A DNA stretch of 64,000 nucleotides from Octopus bimaculoides (taxonomy: Eukaryota): assembly GCF_001194135.2 (NCBI RefSeq), contig NC_068990.1, positions 10,812,207 to 10,876,206 of the forward strand, read 5' to 3'. Positions 44,222 to 59,300 of this stretch are shown here, in pieces (within the stretch, counting starts at the first letter, position 1; each line of letters starts with the position of its first letter). Below the pieces are notes generated by a model. That model worked only from the letters and a program-made list of their open reading frames with translations. It did not search any database and was not told the origin of the DNA. Both the position numbers and the translations under genes were made by a program.

Positions 44222-44555
44222 AGGCGCATGACTCAGTGGTTAGAGCGTCGAGCTTCCGATCGTGAGGTTGTGAGTTCGATTCACGGACCGGGCTGCGTGT
44301 TGTGTTCTTGAGCAAGACACTTTATTTCACCTTGCTCCAGTTCACTCAGCTGTATAAATGAGTTGCGACGTCACAGGTGCCAAGCTGTATCGGCCCCTTT
44401 GCCTTTCCCTTGGATAACACTGGTGGCGTGGAGAGGGGAGGCCGGTATGCATGAGCGATTGCTGATCTCCCATAAACAACCATGGCTAGACTTGTGCCTT
44501 GGAGGGTAACTTTCTGGGTGCAATCCCATGGTCAGTCATGACCGAAGGAGGTTTC
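44222..44555 (+). mobile_element. tRNA-derived SINE, family C (OK-like), with CORE/V-like domain and RTE-like 3' tail
   Basis: A box tgactcagtgg, B box agttcgattca, then gtgttcttgagcaagacactttatttcaccttgctc. The 3' end tgggtgca..catg..accgaagga matches the RTE 3' UTR in this window. Confidence 0.85.
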
Positions 44556-45035
44556 AGCGGTGTGGTTATCAACAATGAGGTAATATAATATAATTGAAAC
44601 TATACTTCCGTGTTGTTGCTTGAACGGCATCTTCATGACACGCTTCTTGCAGCCTCCACATTTCATGTGCCTCTCTTCTTTAATATAATGGTTTATTTTT
44701 CTTGTGAGTGTTGTTTGCAGCACCACATGATCTCAGACATATCACTTATAACCATGTTCTTTTGAATTTATTTTATTAAAGACAGTTTTATCGAATATAG
44801 CATATCCTTTTTAAGGTAGTAGCTCATGCATTAAGGGAGATTTCACTGTTGTTTCTAGCACGGCGAGCAACCTTTTAGAGTTTACTTCTTCACGTTTTTA
44901 GTGTTCTGTAGCTAAGCCTATCATCTGTTGGCGATACGTTTCAGAAAAGAAAATACGTTTTCGATGAAACGATATATTTAGAAAAATTACCTAAGGCTAA
45001 GATCTCTAATACCACTTGATATGTAACAAATTAAT

Positions 45036-45250
45036 GTAGCGAGATGGCAGAATCGTTAGGACGCTGGATAAAATGGTTAGCAGTATCTGGTCTGTCTTCA
45101 AGTTTCGAATTCAAATTCCGAGGAGGAGGACTTTGTTTATCATCTTTTCGATGTTGATAAAATAAATACAAATTGGGAACATGGGATTAATATAATCGAC
45201 TTAATCCCTCTCTCGAAATTCCTGGCATTGTGCCAAAATTTGACAGTTAT
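45036..45250 (+). mobile_element. SINE family B, diverged
   Basis: gcgagatggcagaatcgttag...ttcaaattccg...ctttgtttatcatcttttcga...taatcgactta...gtgccaaaattt. Confidence 0.75.
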
Positions 45251-45699
45251 ATTATGCAGCAAATTTCATTTGGCAAAAAAGAAAATCCTTCACTATCTAT
45301 TTCTAGCAATTAATGCAACATACAGATCTTACAGCTATTATCTCGATAAACTTACTTAGAGTTGAAATTCAAATTACCTACGCACGAACCGACTGCTTTC
45401 ATAAGTAAATTAAGGCAAAATATTATATGTATATTGATCTAATACAATTATACATTTATATTATTATCAATCAATACTGCTGCTACATCTTATTAAATGT
45501 GTAATTAGAGATGAAATTCAACCACAAACAGAGATAGGAAATAATTATATAACTTTCGGTTAATGTAACTATATTACTTGGATGGTTTGTTACAAGTGGA
45601 CTAGATTTTATAACATGGGACTTTACAGCATTATATAATTGACAGTAGTAAAGAGAACAGGATTTTAATCGGGAATAGTTTTCTTATGAAGTTTACTTA

Positions 45700-45890
45700 A
45701 GGCAGCGAGCTGGCAGAAATGTTAGCACGTTTGACGGAGTGTTTAGCGGTATTTCGCCCGTCGCTACGTTCTGAGTTCAAATTCCGCCGAGGTCGACTTT
45801 GCCTTTTATCCTTTCGAGTCGATGGTTGATATAATCAACTTAACCCCTACTCCCAAATTTCAGGCCTTGTGCCTATAGTAGAAATTATTA
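45700..45890 (+). mobile_element. SINE family B
   Basis: ggcagcgagctggcagaa...gttctgagttcaaattccgccgaggtcgactttgccttttatcctttcg...caggccttgtgcctatagtagaaa. Confidence 0.88.
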
Positions 45891-46054
45891 TAAAGTTTTC
45901 CTTATAATAAACGTAACACAGCAAGGAGGCCGGATGGTTAAATAGTCGGAAGAGGTGTTATGCGACACTTATTCCGGCACTTTGTATTCTTAGTCCAAAG
46001 CCTATAGATGGATGACGTATTGTGAAGGAAGAGCCACTATTCTAAGGCTGAATA

Positions 46055-46470
46055 TAAGAATGGCTGTGTGGTAAGTAGCTTGCTTACCAACAACATGGTT
46101 CCGGGTTCATTCCCACTGCGTGGCACCTTGGGCAAGTGTCTTCTACTATAGCCTTGGCCCGACCAAAGCCTTGTGAGTGGATTTGGTACACCGAAACTGA
46201 AAGAAGCCCATCGTATATATATATATCTATATATATGTATGTGTGTGTATATCTTTATGTGTCTGTGTTTGTCCCCCCAACATCGCTTGACAACCGATGC
46301 TGGTGTGTTTATGTCCACGTAACTTAGCGGTTCGGCAAAAGAACCCGATAGAATAAGTACTAGGAATCCAAAGAATAAGTCCTGGCGTCGATTTGCTCGA
46401 CTAAAGGCGGTGCTCCAGCATGGCCACAGTCAAATGACTGAAACAAGTAAAACAGTAAAATAGTAAAGAG
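46055..46470 (+). mobile_element. SINE family A, best-preserved full-length copy
   Basis: A box tggctgtgtgg, B box gggttcattccc, CORE-like caccttgggcaagtgtctt, internal (TA)/(TG) repeat, tail ccagcatggccacagtcaaatgactgaaacaagtaaaa. Confidence 0.92.
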
Positions 46471-46646
46471 AGATTAGAGAATTTGGAATATGAAATAGAC
46501 AAGACATTAGATTTACTATGTTCGAACAATCACCGATCTCAGATCTCTCGAAATATTGATGTTTAAAATTATCATCCACACCAGTAAGCACAAATGGAAT
46601 AGATGTTAGAAAACTCGATGGAGAGTGATTAATATCCAGAGTTATG

Positions 46647-46684
<38 letters not shown>

Positions 46685-48993
46685 CACACACACGCACATA
46701 ATGACTACAAGACTTAAGTGTAACAAACATGTTTTATAACATTCTCAGTTGGTCGAATTAATCTGCTCAATTTAATGTTTTGGACTGGTTTTGCTGAATA
46801 TTTGGCCTGTTCGCCAATTTACTGCTTTATATTTTATCTAAAATATATTTTTTAGAGATGTCATGTCACACGAATTCTTCATTTTCATAATAGATTGTTC
46901 TAACATTGACATTTAGATAAATAAATCTCTTTTTATAAAAGAATAATTCTAAAACCATAATTGCAAATATTTACTTCTCGGAAATTTCCCCTGACATTAC
47001 CAAACTTAGATTGGCATTCTTGACCTTGAAATTATATAATCAATATTCCCAAACGTTTCATCTTGAGCACAATATCATATAAAAACACACACTTAGATTA
47101 CAGTAGTAGTTTTATTTGGTCAAGTGATTTAAGGTGATAACTTATGAGAATGCTTAAAGAGATTCTATTTTATCAAATAGTGCTCTCAGTGATTCATTAG
47201 AGTCTTCACAAAATTTGATATCAAAGATAGTAGCAAGGTTTTAGAACCTGATTTGAAATCTACATACAACATTCGGCAAACTTATTCAACCTTTAAGAGG
47301 CCTTTACTAGATTTCTCATTAGTGAACTTTGTGTATATTTGTATGAAAAGTAGGAGAGCAGCTTTGAGGGTTAATGCTGCAGTATTGTTTTTATGGTATT
47401 TGATGAATACATAATTACCTCGTATTAAATTCGATTTCTTACAATAATGATGGAACTTTTCTTTCAAACTACTTTTATTGCCGTTTTTCTTACTTGCAAG
47501 GTTGCCATAATAACTTGTCACGATCACAAATGCAGTGCATCTTTTATGTTACCGGCTACAGTATTTGTCTAAGATGTTATTTTTGTTGTTATTGTCTCGT
47601 TTAACCTCAGCCATCATAGAAAAATTCTCAATATTCTCACCCTGACTAAACCGTATATTTAGGGTTGTGTCAGACTGTAATATGCATTTCGTTTACTCCT
47701 TTTCAGAAGACTCAAAACAGATTTGTAGCTATTTCTTGTAGGTCAAGTGATTAGGTAGAAACTCGCTTGTCAGAGAAATGCGTTGATATTTTTCGTTCCT
47801 GATCATCCTTATCAAGTGGACATATGTGGAAGGCCCTCCACCCATAGCCATCTATTCTAACATTTAAGCATAGTATTATAGGATCATACCGACTGGTATA
47901 TCTGGGTACCATTTCTAATCAAAGTAGTGCGAGATGAGCTGCACCTGTAAGATTCTTACGAAATCAGATTCTGGTTGGTAGAAGAATCAAAGTTATCCTC
48001 AGACCTTAACCTGTTACTTACTAAACATTTGACTCCACTAAAGACGTTCACGTTTCACATGATCACATTAAGTAGCAGGGACGGCTTATTCCAAGTAACC
48101 AATTACAGGGACAGGCTTTGCAATTAACCTTCATTTATTAAATGCTACGCTTCATATTTTGGACGGAGATTACGGTTGAAAGCATATGCCCAGTTACTTT
48201 GCAGTGGCATCGACTTCACGACCATGCACTTAAACATCAAACTTCTTTAGCATATATCCTTGTCTATGCCAATACCAAACCTATCTTATGATAAATGATA
48301 CCCACGTATTTTCTTTCTAAAATTAAAACAAATCTTTGTTATTTGAGCATTATGGTCTAGGTCAAGAATGAAAGGCATATGACATTTTGAGGAACAAAAG
48401 ATTACATGTTTTATTGTTTTGCGATAGTGTTCTATGATACAAATACCTGATACTGGTATGAACTAATATCATTAAGTTTTATTTTTCTGTCGATAGTCCA
48501 TCACATGTATAAGTAGCTGCATAGTTTTTCGATCTTTTAGATACTGTCACAAATTGAATGAAAGATCATAAACCAAAAAAAATCATGACGGGCATGTACT
48601 CATAGATACACAAAAATACATCCCTAATCTTAGACAAGGACTAAAACATTGGATGTTTAGATGTTCCTACATAAGTTTTCTCAAAACGGATTTGCCTAAG
48701 AACAAACCAACAACAATAGGGCGTTTTGCCATTTCGATGATATTTTGCTGACCGTATGTGGGTTTTAAAAGAGAATTTATACTATACGTCACAAATATGA
48801 GTTCAATATTTATTCAATATATTGGCTAACTATTGAGTATGATTTCCATTTTGTAAATGGTTTTTATTTGTAACCAATCTGTCCCTCTGTTTCTCTGTCT
48901 GTCTGTTTGTCAGTCGCTCTCTCTCCCTCTCTCCCTTTCTCTTTCCCTATCTCTCTTTCCATTTTACTCTTATTTATTGGCAGTGTTTTATTT

Positions 48994-49158
48994 TTCCTGT
49001 TTTAGTTGTTGCAACCATTAGGCTGCCGTCATGCTGGGACACTCCTTTGAAGAATTTTAGTCGAGGGAATCCACTACGGTACTTATTTTTTACGGCTTGT
49101 GAATTATTCTATTGGTTCTTTTGACGAACCGCCAATTACGCTTTCGTAACCGGGGTGG
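48994..49158 (-). mobile_element. SINE family A, diverged 3' half ending at a gap
   Basis: ctgccgtcatgctgggacactcc...ttttagtcga...tacttatt...ttttgacgaaccgccaattacg is the reverse complement of the family A tail. Confidence 0.7.
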
Positions 49159-49502
49159 GNNNNNNNNNNNNNNNNNNNNNNNNNNNNNNNNNNNNNNNNN
49201 NNNNNNNNNNNNNNNNNNNNNNNNNNNNNNNNNNNNNNNNNNNNNNNNNNNNNNNNNNNNNNNNNNNNNNNNNNNNNNNNNNNNNNNNNNNNNNNNNNNN
49301 NNNNNNNNNNNNNNNNNNNNNNNNNNNNNNNNNNNNNNNNNNNNNNNNNNNNNNNNNNNNNNNNNNNNNNNNNNNNNNNNNNNNNNNNNNNNNNNNNNNN
49401 NNNNNNNNNNNNNNNNNNNNNNNNNNNNNNNNNNNNNNNNNNNNNNNNNNNNNNNNNNNNNNNNNNNNNNNNNNNNNNNNNNNNNNNNNNNNNNNNNNNN
49501 NN

Positions 49503-49610
49503 CTCTCCCCCTCTCTCCCCCCTCTCTCTCCCTCTCTCTCCCTCTATCTCCCTCTCTCTCTCCCTCTCTCTCTCTCTCACTCTCTCTCCCTCTCTCCATC
49601 CCTCTCTTTT
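49503..49610. repeat. (CT)n-rich polypyrimidine tract
   Basis: Seen directly; a similar (GA)n tract lies at 62170-62240. Confidence 0.95.
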
Positions 49611-52114
49611 ACCCTTCAGCCTGTTTATATCATAATATTTCATGCGCCCAAAAGTTTTGCTTTGATTCATTCGAAACTTTTAAAATATTATTCTTACCAT
49701 TTTTGTGATAACAATTTTTGTGTTTTCCTCTGGCTTTTATCTCTAATTTTGGAGGCTGTTTTGATTCAAAAGAGACACAGTGATTTCAGAGCATTATTTC
49801 CCATTATAAAATATACGAAATTGTTATGAACATTGTGTCAAAAATCTGCTTACAATATTCCGTAAATTCAGCAGTTATTAGTTTCAGTTCCTTCTTAATA
49901 TACTGACTGGAATATGTAAGGTAGGATTATCAAACTTCCTTCAAAGTTTCTAAGTGATATCTCCCCTTTACTGCGACAGATTAGAAGCAAAAATACTTCT
50001 ATCATCAGATCATAATTACATTCTAAAAATTGATATAGAATTTGTCGCATACTATTCTATTTCGACGTAGTTTTCATAACTGCCCTTTTATATATTCTAC
50101 ACTATAAAACGATATTCGTTCTACTTTTGCTTTTAGTTCTTAATAAAGTTGAACCTAGATAAATTGGACAGGTATCGATTACTATATTATTATCGAAATG
50201 CGCGAGAATTATTAGTGTAAAAATTAGTTTTGTTGCCTTTTTTTTTAATTCATTGAATGTACTCTCTATATAAGTCCCCCTACTACAACAATTTGCTATG
50301 AGCTTTTATCTGTTGATGAAATTTCTTTTGTGTTGTCAGACTTTGAATGAGTGAACAGTGCGAAATAACTTAGCAATCCCAAAAACATCTGCGTCATTCA
50401 GTTTGGATTCCTGCATACTTAAACCGTTTGATTGTGCTGACGTTTGACTGCATAGATATGATGCCATCTGCTGAGTTAAATAATAAACATTCAATTTCTA
50501 ATGCTTTGAACATATTTTCTCATTTGGTAGGAGGTTGGTTTTTCATAAGGATTGCTAGATATGTTTCAGAGTTTGCTCATACTTGTTTCTGATTTTCCCA
50601 GCATGACACATTCATATCAGTCACCATATTGATATTTCATAACAATGTAATAGCTTAATCAGAGAAAAAAAAGACTGACGACCAGCATTTGGTTATGCTC
50701 AGCCAACGTAAATTTGAATCGTTAGACCGTAACACAATCCATATCGCTTTTCCAACCCAATCAATCAAAAATAACTCCGTTTTATGGTCGCAACACATAA
50801 TACTTGTCAGCCCTCCTGACCATATTAAATCAGATATGCAATAAACATATGCGATACATGATACAGAAATAAGAATTTCAATAATATTATAGGCACCTAG
50901 TATTTAGATATACATAGATAGTACAGTCATCCAGATATAATATTCCACCACTGGTAGCATAGTAGTGCTGGCGTTGGCCAAAGACATCTACAAAAATGCT
51001 CCAATAAATTTCTAGTTGAAGTGAAAGAATCTGTAGTTTGTCTACAGAGTTAAATTCGAGGTTCGCCTATGGCAAATTCTCGAGAAACTATATATATGAA
51101 TTTTGCATGTTTTATCTCTTGTTGGGCGTGTGTCATACATCGGGTGGATGTAGCCACAATTATGAAAGTTGTTTCTAACTTTCCTGCGTGAATGGAGGTT
51201 TTATAATATTACGGAATATTTGTACTATCAACCGAACGATAGAAATTGACGCGTAAAACTAATTACCTACCTGTATATACTAAGTTCTTGAACATAACTA
51301 CGTATTTTGAAGAAGTGTGAATACATTTCATACTTTGTCTGTAACCCTCAACATCAGCTATTACTACAAGTCTTCATAGGATAGTAGGGGCTGCATTGCT
51401 TTATCTAGTAGTATTCAATTGTGATATTTTCTCTAAATATTGATGAAATTTGAGGCAAATGCATTTATGCCTCTGGTTAATTTAGCAGAACCGTGATAAG
51501 AGTATTAATTAAATAGAAAGTGTAATGTTACTATATCACCCATGTGTATATGGCTTGTGAATTATCGCACATTCCAAGTCCCAGAAGAGCCTCAGATACA
51601 AATTTGGGGCTAAATATTCCACGGAGAGGGGTTACGGAAATCGTGCTAAACCAAAATATTGTTTGGAATAAATTATCCCCCATCAACCATTACAAGTTCG
51701 CTTTTGTCCTGGATCTCCTTACTTCTCAGATACTGGTATGTTGACTATGACACGTATTTATAATGAAATCGTAGGCAGAAAATTAAACTAAAAAATATTC
51801 AAAATGCGTATCTTAAACCTATCCGTAACTATTTCTTATAGAACTTCTATAAACCACTCGTGAAGCACTAAAGCCTGCATTGGAAACGCTACTGTAGCAT
51901 TTGCTATAGTAAGTTGCGGTTAAATTTAAATCTATACAATATAGTATTTAGTTTTCCTTTGAATAGAGACTATAATATTGTGCTTTCAATTATGTTTTTC
52001 ATTTATATCATCAGTGAACATTTACGTATTACAAACATTTTTATTTTACATTTCAACAACCTATATATTTAGAATAATTTAACCTTCATTGATTGCTTGC
52101 TTCCCGTATTCAAG

Positions 52115-52656
<542 letters not shown>

Positions 52657-52684
52657 CTATGATGCTAGTATTAGAGAGTTTTAA

Positions 52685-52900
52685 GATGGCGTATTGAAGA
52701 TTAGTTAGCAGGCCGGACAAAATGCTTTACGGTATTTCGTCCGTCTTCAAGTTCTGGATTCAAATTCTGCTGAGGTCGGCTTTACCTTTCCTACTTACGG
52801 AACCGATAAAATAAGAACTAGTTAATCACTAGGGATGATGTAATCGACTTACCTACTACTATGATCTTGCTGGACTTGTGCTAACATTTGAAACCAATAT
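52685..52900 (+). mobile_element. SINE family B, diverged
   Basis: gccggacaaaatgctttacggtatttcgtccgtcttc..ttcaaattctgctgaggtcggctttacctttc..accgataaaataag..gatgtaatcgactta..tttgaaaccaatatt. Confidence 0.82.
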
Positions 52901-55900
52901 TAGAAGGGGTTATTTTATTTGTTATTTGCCACAGAACTATTTTTGCATTATTATGGATCACGGAAGAATGAAATATGACGTCTAATTCAGCATTATTTGA
53001 AATCATTTCTGTAAGCCATTTGATCAACTTTGTCGATTCTTCCATCTACATCTCATCCTTTATGGTCCCATTTTAAAAATTATATACATGATATAATTAA
53101 AGTGAATATACCGCTAGAAACCGTTATTTAACTATCAATAAACTTTCATTTTGTAAAAATTCTGAGGCAAGCCTTACTGAACAAACTGTTTGAATAAAAG
53201 AATTCAAATTATATTACTGTATATAAATGCATTATTGCATTTCTGAAAAGAGTAATGTCTTTATAGGAAAATATTAAATATTGCGTTGGTATGTTTTGGT
53301 ATAATCAAGTATTTTCCTGAAAGCTTTTGTCAGAATTTTTTTTGAGAATTATCATTTCTAGTTAGAAATTTAACTGGATGCTTTCAGTTCCAAGAGACAT
53401 AAAATACCTATAAGCTTACAGCATTTCAAAAGGATATAGATACTGTAGAAGATATAAAATTACTGCAGGATATAGCAAGTCTTTATGATATAATATTTGA
53501 GAAATTTTATTAGACGATGTAATAAAACATGATAGTGAGATAGAAGTCTAAAATTTGCTTTAAAAAAAAAAAAGAAAGAGATTTCGGAAGAAGGAGAAAT
53601 GTTGGAAAAAGAAAAAGATGTGAATCGGTGAGAGAAGGGGAGAGGGAATAAAAGAATAGACAAACGAAAGAAGAGAAAGAAAGGAAGGAAGGAAAAAGAA
53701 AGAAAGAATGGCCTTGAGGAAAAGGGACACAGAGAGAGTGGGGGAGAAAATATTCCTGATAAGCTTAACCTACGACTGTATACGAAAATATTCCTAAACC
53801 GACTTCTGTTGATGTTCACGTTGATGATTATGTTTTTGTTATTGCTTTTATCGATGATAATGTTAGTAATGACGGCGATGTTAGTAATGCTATCGGCAGT
53901 AAGCTTGTAATGGTGATCGTTTTTCTCTTTTTTTTTTCTGATGCCGGGGTATCGCCGTAATATGTCTTCGATTGATTTAGATATTATACCGGTGACCTCT
54001 GTTCGTCTAAATATCCTGACCCCGAAGTTTGCCCTCTACTTAAAACTATTTATAGCATCTACATTACATCTTATTTCTTACTAGTTCCACTCCAACACAA
54101 CCAAGTCGAATTTGATTTTCTGTAAATGATATCAGCAGTTATTCTCTTATATCAACATCATTGTCATCGCTATCAACAACATTTTAGTATCTTTTCTAAG
54201 AAGGCTGATCGAATCCTCGGTAGAATAAAACATCACCTATCTAGGATTCCTGCCATATCATCTGCTCAACTGAATATAATGAGAACTAACTTCGCACCAC
54301 TTATTCCTATGAATACACGTACATATGTATACACATACATAGCAATACGTAAATCTCGCTACACGGACAACAGGAAGGGAAATATTTATTCCATACTTAT
54401 TCTATTTGAGTTTTACAATTTACCAGGCAACTTTCAACGGCGTTGAGGGAACTTCTACATAGTCACACAAGTTTCTCTTGGAAGCCAGTAGTACATCGTG
54501 CATTGACGTGCGAGAATGTGTTTTTAAATTTCTTCAGATTACAATCATGAAACTAGACAACAGACTATTTGAAAAGGTATTCCTTCAATATTCAGAAAGA
54601 CTGCATTGTTTTTGATTGTTACATAATTGCATCGATGGTAAGGCTGACTTTTAAAGTATATCTAACTAAATACCGCATAGAAATTTGTCCAGGGCAATAA
54701 AGAATTTGTCAATATATATCAAAAGTTACACAAACCTTAAAAACCTTCTAGATCCTGCCATCTATTGCTCACAGACTTGACGTTCGCATATTTATTGACC
54801 TTCATTAAATTTCTTCTGACACTCACTTGTTTAATAGACGCACTTTATGAAGAGAGAGATTGAGAGAGTTATCCACAATGCAAGTATTTATTGAGCCTCC
54901 GCTTCCTTATATTAAGCACGTGAAGCACTAATTTTATATTGCTAACTACCCATTAGTAATATATCGAATTCTTAATAGACCTCAATAGTTATATACTTTG
55001 GTGGAAGTGAAATGAAGTCCATTCCTAAATATAAACACAAAATATAAGTACTGAGGATTCTAAGCCAGAACATATAAATACATTGCCATAATAAATTCAG
55101 GATGAATTAGAGAGAGTAGATAGCAGCAATGAACCTGGGCATTTTAACTCAATGTTATCAGATTACTTGGTCTTCTTTGTAGCTTTCATTCACTGTAGTT
55201 GAAGTCAAATATCATGTTACATGTTTGTTGTATTTGTTTTTCTTCTTAGCCTTCTTTCTTTCAGTTGTTCCTTCTTTTTCGCTCTCAGTCATAAGGTTGC
55301 ATATAGGGAGGCGAGAAAAAGGAAGAGTGGAGACGAAGGGAAATAAATATGAACATATTCGAACACAATCGCACACGCATCCCCACATACATACACGAGT
55401 ATTAAAGGTTTATGTCGAGTTATAACGAATTTTGCATTAAACTGAATAATTATTCAATACTGTTTGTAGAATACATATTTATCATTCTTTAACACGGATA
55501 TTGTTGATAGTGACCTCGGAGTTCCGATGAAGAGTGAGCAGGCTGATGAAAGGTAAGTAAGTCGGAGCTTCGAAGTTACTGTTAATAGCAGTATCGTTAA
55601 AATATTACGCTTATACATATGTCTGTGTATGCATGTAACTGTATGTGTATACTTCTTTCCAATAACATATACTCTCAAACGTTTTCCCTTAAGAACTGCT
55701 TCCAAACAATCATTGTCTATATCTTTACTTTCCATCACCGGCGATATCATCCATACTCGTTTGAAATCCTAGTATATATTCATTGCTGATTTGTTCTGCT
55801 TCATTCATTGCCTCGCGGCTTACAGGACACAGTCTTCAACAGTGTTGTTTTATGGTGCATATTTCTTCATTTTAAAGGGGTGAAAATGCCAAATGGACGC

Positions 55901-56191
55901 TCTTATAAAGGAAGACAGTTTATACTCAGATTTTAATATCGTAGGTTATTTCTGTAGTAATGTACCTAGCCGACTTCGATATCTTGTCAAATGATAGCCG
56001 TTTCACATGGTCGTGAGACATATACAGGTCATTGGATTTAAGTGACATAAGCTTATAAAACACCCTTGCTACTCTCTTGGTGACCATAATAGGTTCCAGT
56101 GACAAGCATTTAATTGATGACTGGTATTCTTTTGATGTTATGCTTTATGATCGAGTCTTTCCCATGGCTGGAAAATGTGTTTAACCCAAAG

Positions 56192-56340
56192 ATGGGACCC
56201 TGCAGGTGCTATTGTTTCGGGTCAGAACAGACTTGGGAGTAATGGTAATTAGGGGTTGACTTGACTTTAAGCTGCCTACAACTCCAGATCTCTGGTGCTG
56301 GAGCCTCACCACGGGATGGACTTTAATGTCATACTCATGC
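56192..56340 (+). repeat. Unclassified interspersed repeat fragment
   Basis: gggaccctgcaggtgcta..tcgggtcagaacagacttgggagtaatggtaat...ctggagcctcacc..gtcatactc resembles an abundant octopus repeat as I recall it; not verifiable within the window. Confidence 0.4.
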
Positions 56341-59300
56341 CAAATCCATACATACCTACATATGTACATATACAAGTATGTAGCTAAATAGCTCGATACA
56401 TATATTTTTAAAAAATGTAAATATTTAGTAATGGGATCAAGATTAAGGAAATGCCAATTAGCTAAATCATGCTTTCGAATGCCCGTCATATAATTACTGT
56501 TGTACCAGCTAAATCAGACATAATAAAACAAAATGTTTTATCTTCGATTTAACAATGACACCCAAACTTAAAAGGATTTCTTAATCAGCGACTGATATCT
56601 ACGTCGAATTTTTCCGGCAATTATCGATACCACGATAGGCTTATGCTAAAGTAAAGAAATGTATCGTCGATCTGAGAGGTTAGGATTTAGCTTCTGTTTA
56701 ATTGGATGAATATATTGCGATTCCAGATAATCGGGTATCTATTTCCAATATACATGTAAATTAAGAGGATATGAAAATAATTATACCACCTAGAGATTTA
56801 ATGAATCATTGACAAGTCCATAAATTATTAGTTTAATGATTTATTCGCACATTCTTCTTGTACACACATACATATACAAACGTGCACACACGCATATATG
56901 CTAAAGTTTATATTCTCTTACATACCTGCCAAACATTTAATCCATTGGGCTGTAATTTCCCAGTTGCACGGTTTCTTATCGGGATGTGTATAGAGCATGT
57001 CAGCTTACGGAAGTATATCATTAAGTTAATAACATGGAAGGATATTAGCACGCATAAATGGAACTTCTGAAATATTCACCAATTATTATTAGCATATGAT
57101 GAACTAACAAGGGTTACTCTACGTGAAGATGCAATATATCAGCCTAATTTCAATTAAATTACAACATATCGCAAAAAGTCAAAATAGCATTTATAATGTA
57201 GTTCTAGCTGAACTCTATAATACGACGGAATTTCTTGTTTCACATGACTTTGAACGTAGGCCTCTTGATCCAAGATCTGAAAATAAGCAATAACTAGAAT
57301 GCTTGCTTACAATAAATAAATATATCTTCCTTAGATAGTTCTACACAAGCAATATAGTAGTATCATTGAAACGGAAGTGTATGAACAATCGACTCAAACA
57401 GTTACTAGTGAGTGGCCATTATCCATCATAATATTATACCAGCAGACTAATAGTTGCAGATAGTGGTTGCTAAATGGTGGAGGTCAGCATATTGCGTGAA
57501 AAACTTCTGTTTTGATCATATAAAATTACCGTCACCCATTTCCTACACCGTATAGTTTTACATTGTGTCACGTAAAATAATACATTTTACAGTTTAATTT
57601 TGTGGAAACAACATTTACAGCCCATTAATTTCTCATACAAATAATAATGCCGAAAATTTACAGTTGATAGTAATTTTAACGAGGAAATCTTATTTTACGT
57701 TTATGCTGATTTTAATTATTTTTTTATACAATATTTTATACAATATTACTACGTCATTAGTGTTTCGGAATCCTTTGAAGGCATAGTAGAATAATAGAAC
57801 GATTTCTTTTCTTTCCATTATCGAGGTAGAAGTAAATATAATTTAATGCATGGCTGTGGCATTAATGTTGGGATCTAGTTAAAGTTTACTATAATCTAGA
57901 GAATATTTCAGATGATGCTGTTTTATCCCAGCATATGTATTTGCATAAACTTAAATATTCATATCTAGTTCAAACTTAATATTCTCTTATATGTTGTTAA
58001 TGAAATATATAGCTTAGAATATAATATATCATAATCCCTTAGTAGATTTGCGTTTGATGTGAACAACTTGGTACCCATTACTTGTGATGTTTAATGAAAT
58101 TCCACTCTTAAATTAACGCATTCCTACCAAACTTTTATTAATACATCACAATTGAGTTACATGACTACCTTTTAGGGATGCTGACATACATGGTATTCTA
58201 TTTTGCAATGTGCTGAAGTATTTGGGGCTCAACTCATCCGAAAAATTATTTTTGTGTGTTTCAAATCTTAGCATCTATTTGCTTTCGTTCACTTCAATTA
58301 GGAGACTTTTACTCACCTATATTACTCTGGGAAACTATGGAGATAATCTCGAGTCATTTCAAGGCTCTAGATCGTTCGTTAACTGACATTAGAATATATT
58401 AAATTAGCTACGACATCCTACGATCGGATTTCAATGTCTCAAAAATATGTGTAATAGAAAATATAACAATAAAACTAATGAATAAGACAAACGAATCGAA
58501 ATGCTACTGACATACCTTACCATTCAACGTACAAAAATAGCTACAATATTAATGTTGCCTGCTCTCCTACCTCTACAACTCCGGGATTGATATAGGAATT
58601 TGTTTCTACATCTGTTTCTTTCTCTCTCTCTTTCTCTCTCTCTTTCTTTCCTGCAGGTATCATTAGATAACTGAAGCATTAGAAGCGGCACTAATCTGGT
58701 GATATGTATGTATCGCGAGAGAAATATCTCGTCAATAGTGAGAAGAATTTCAAAACCATATTCTTCATTATGATCATTAGTACCAATTTATGATTTGGTA
58801 ACTTCCTATGCATTACACGAGAACTGACTGCAAGGGAAGACTACGATGAGGGGAAAGGAAAAGAAAGGGAAGAGAAATTCCTCTAGTCTTTACAAAAATC
58901 TCTGTGGTAGACATAAGTAGAAACTTTCCTAACTTATCTGTTGACGGACACATTTTCAACACCGTCAATTTTTTTCAGCAACAAAAGTCTCCGTAAAGAA
59001 TGTAATCTACAAAGTAGTACAATGAGCAATAAAGTATATGTTCCAACAATTTTTTTCCAAAATGGACCCACTGATATAGTCATCACACAGAAATAGCACA
59101 AGGTTTTAAAAGGAGCGATATCAGTTAACATGTCTAAGACTTCACATCACAGAATATGATACACACACAGTTATTTTCTTCCTGTAATTGCCAGCGTGCT
59201 TGTACAGAATTATACTGAAATCACAATTCCAAAAATCTTGCCCCCACCCCACCTCTAATATGGTTTTTAAAAAATGAAGTAAAACACCTGCTGAGAGAAC

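Noticed and set aside
44222-44295. tRNA-like sequence with A and B boxes
   Set aside because: No complete acceptor stem, and it continues into a SINE body and LINE-like tail, so it is a SINE head rather than a tRNA gene.
55542-55580. CTGATGA hammerhead-like core (also near 18865, 41110 and 42673)
   Set aside because: No stem II followed by GAAA in the required arrangement.
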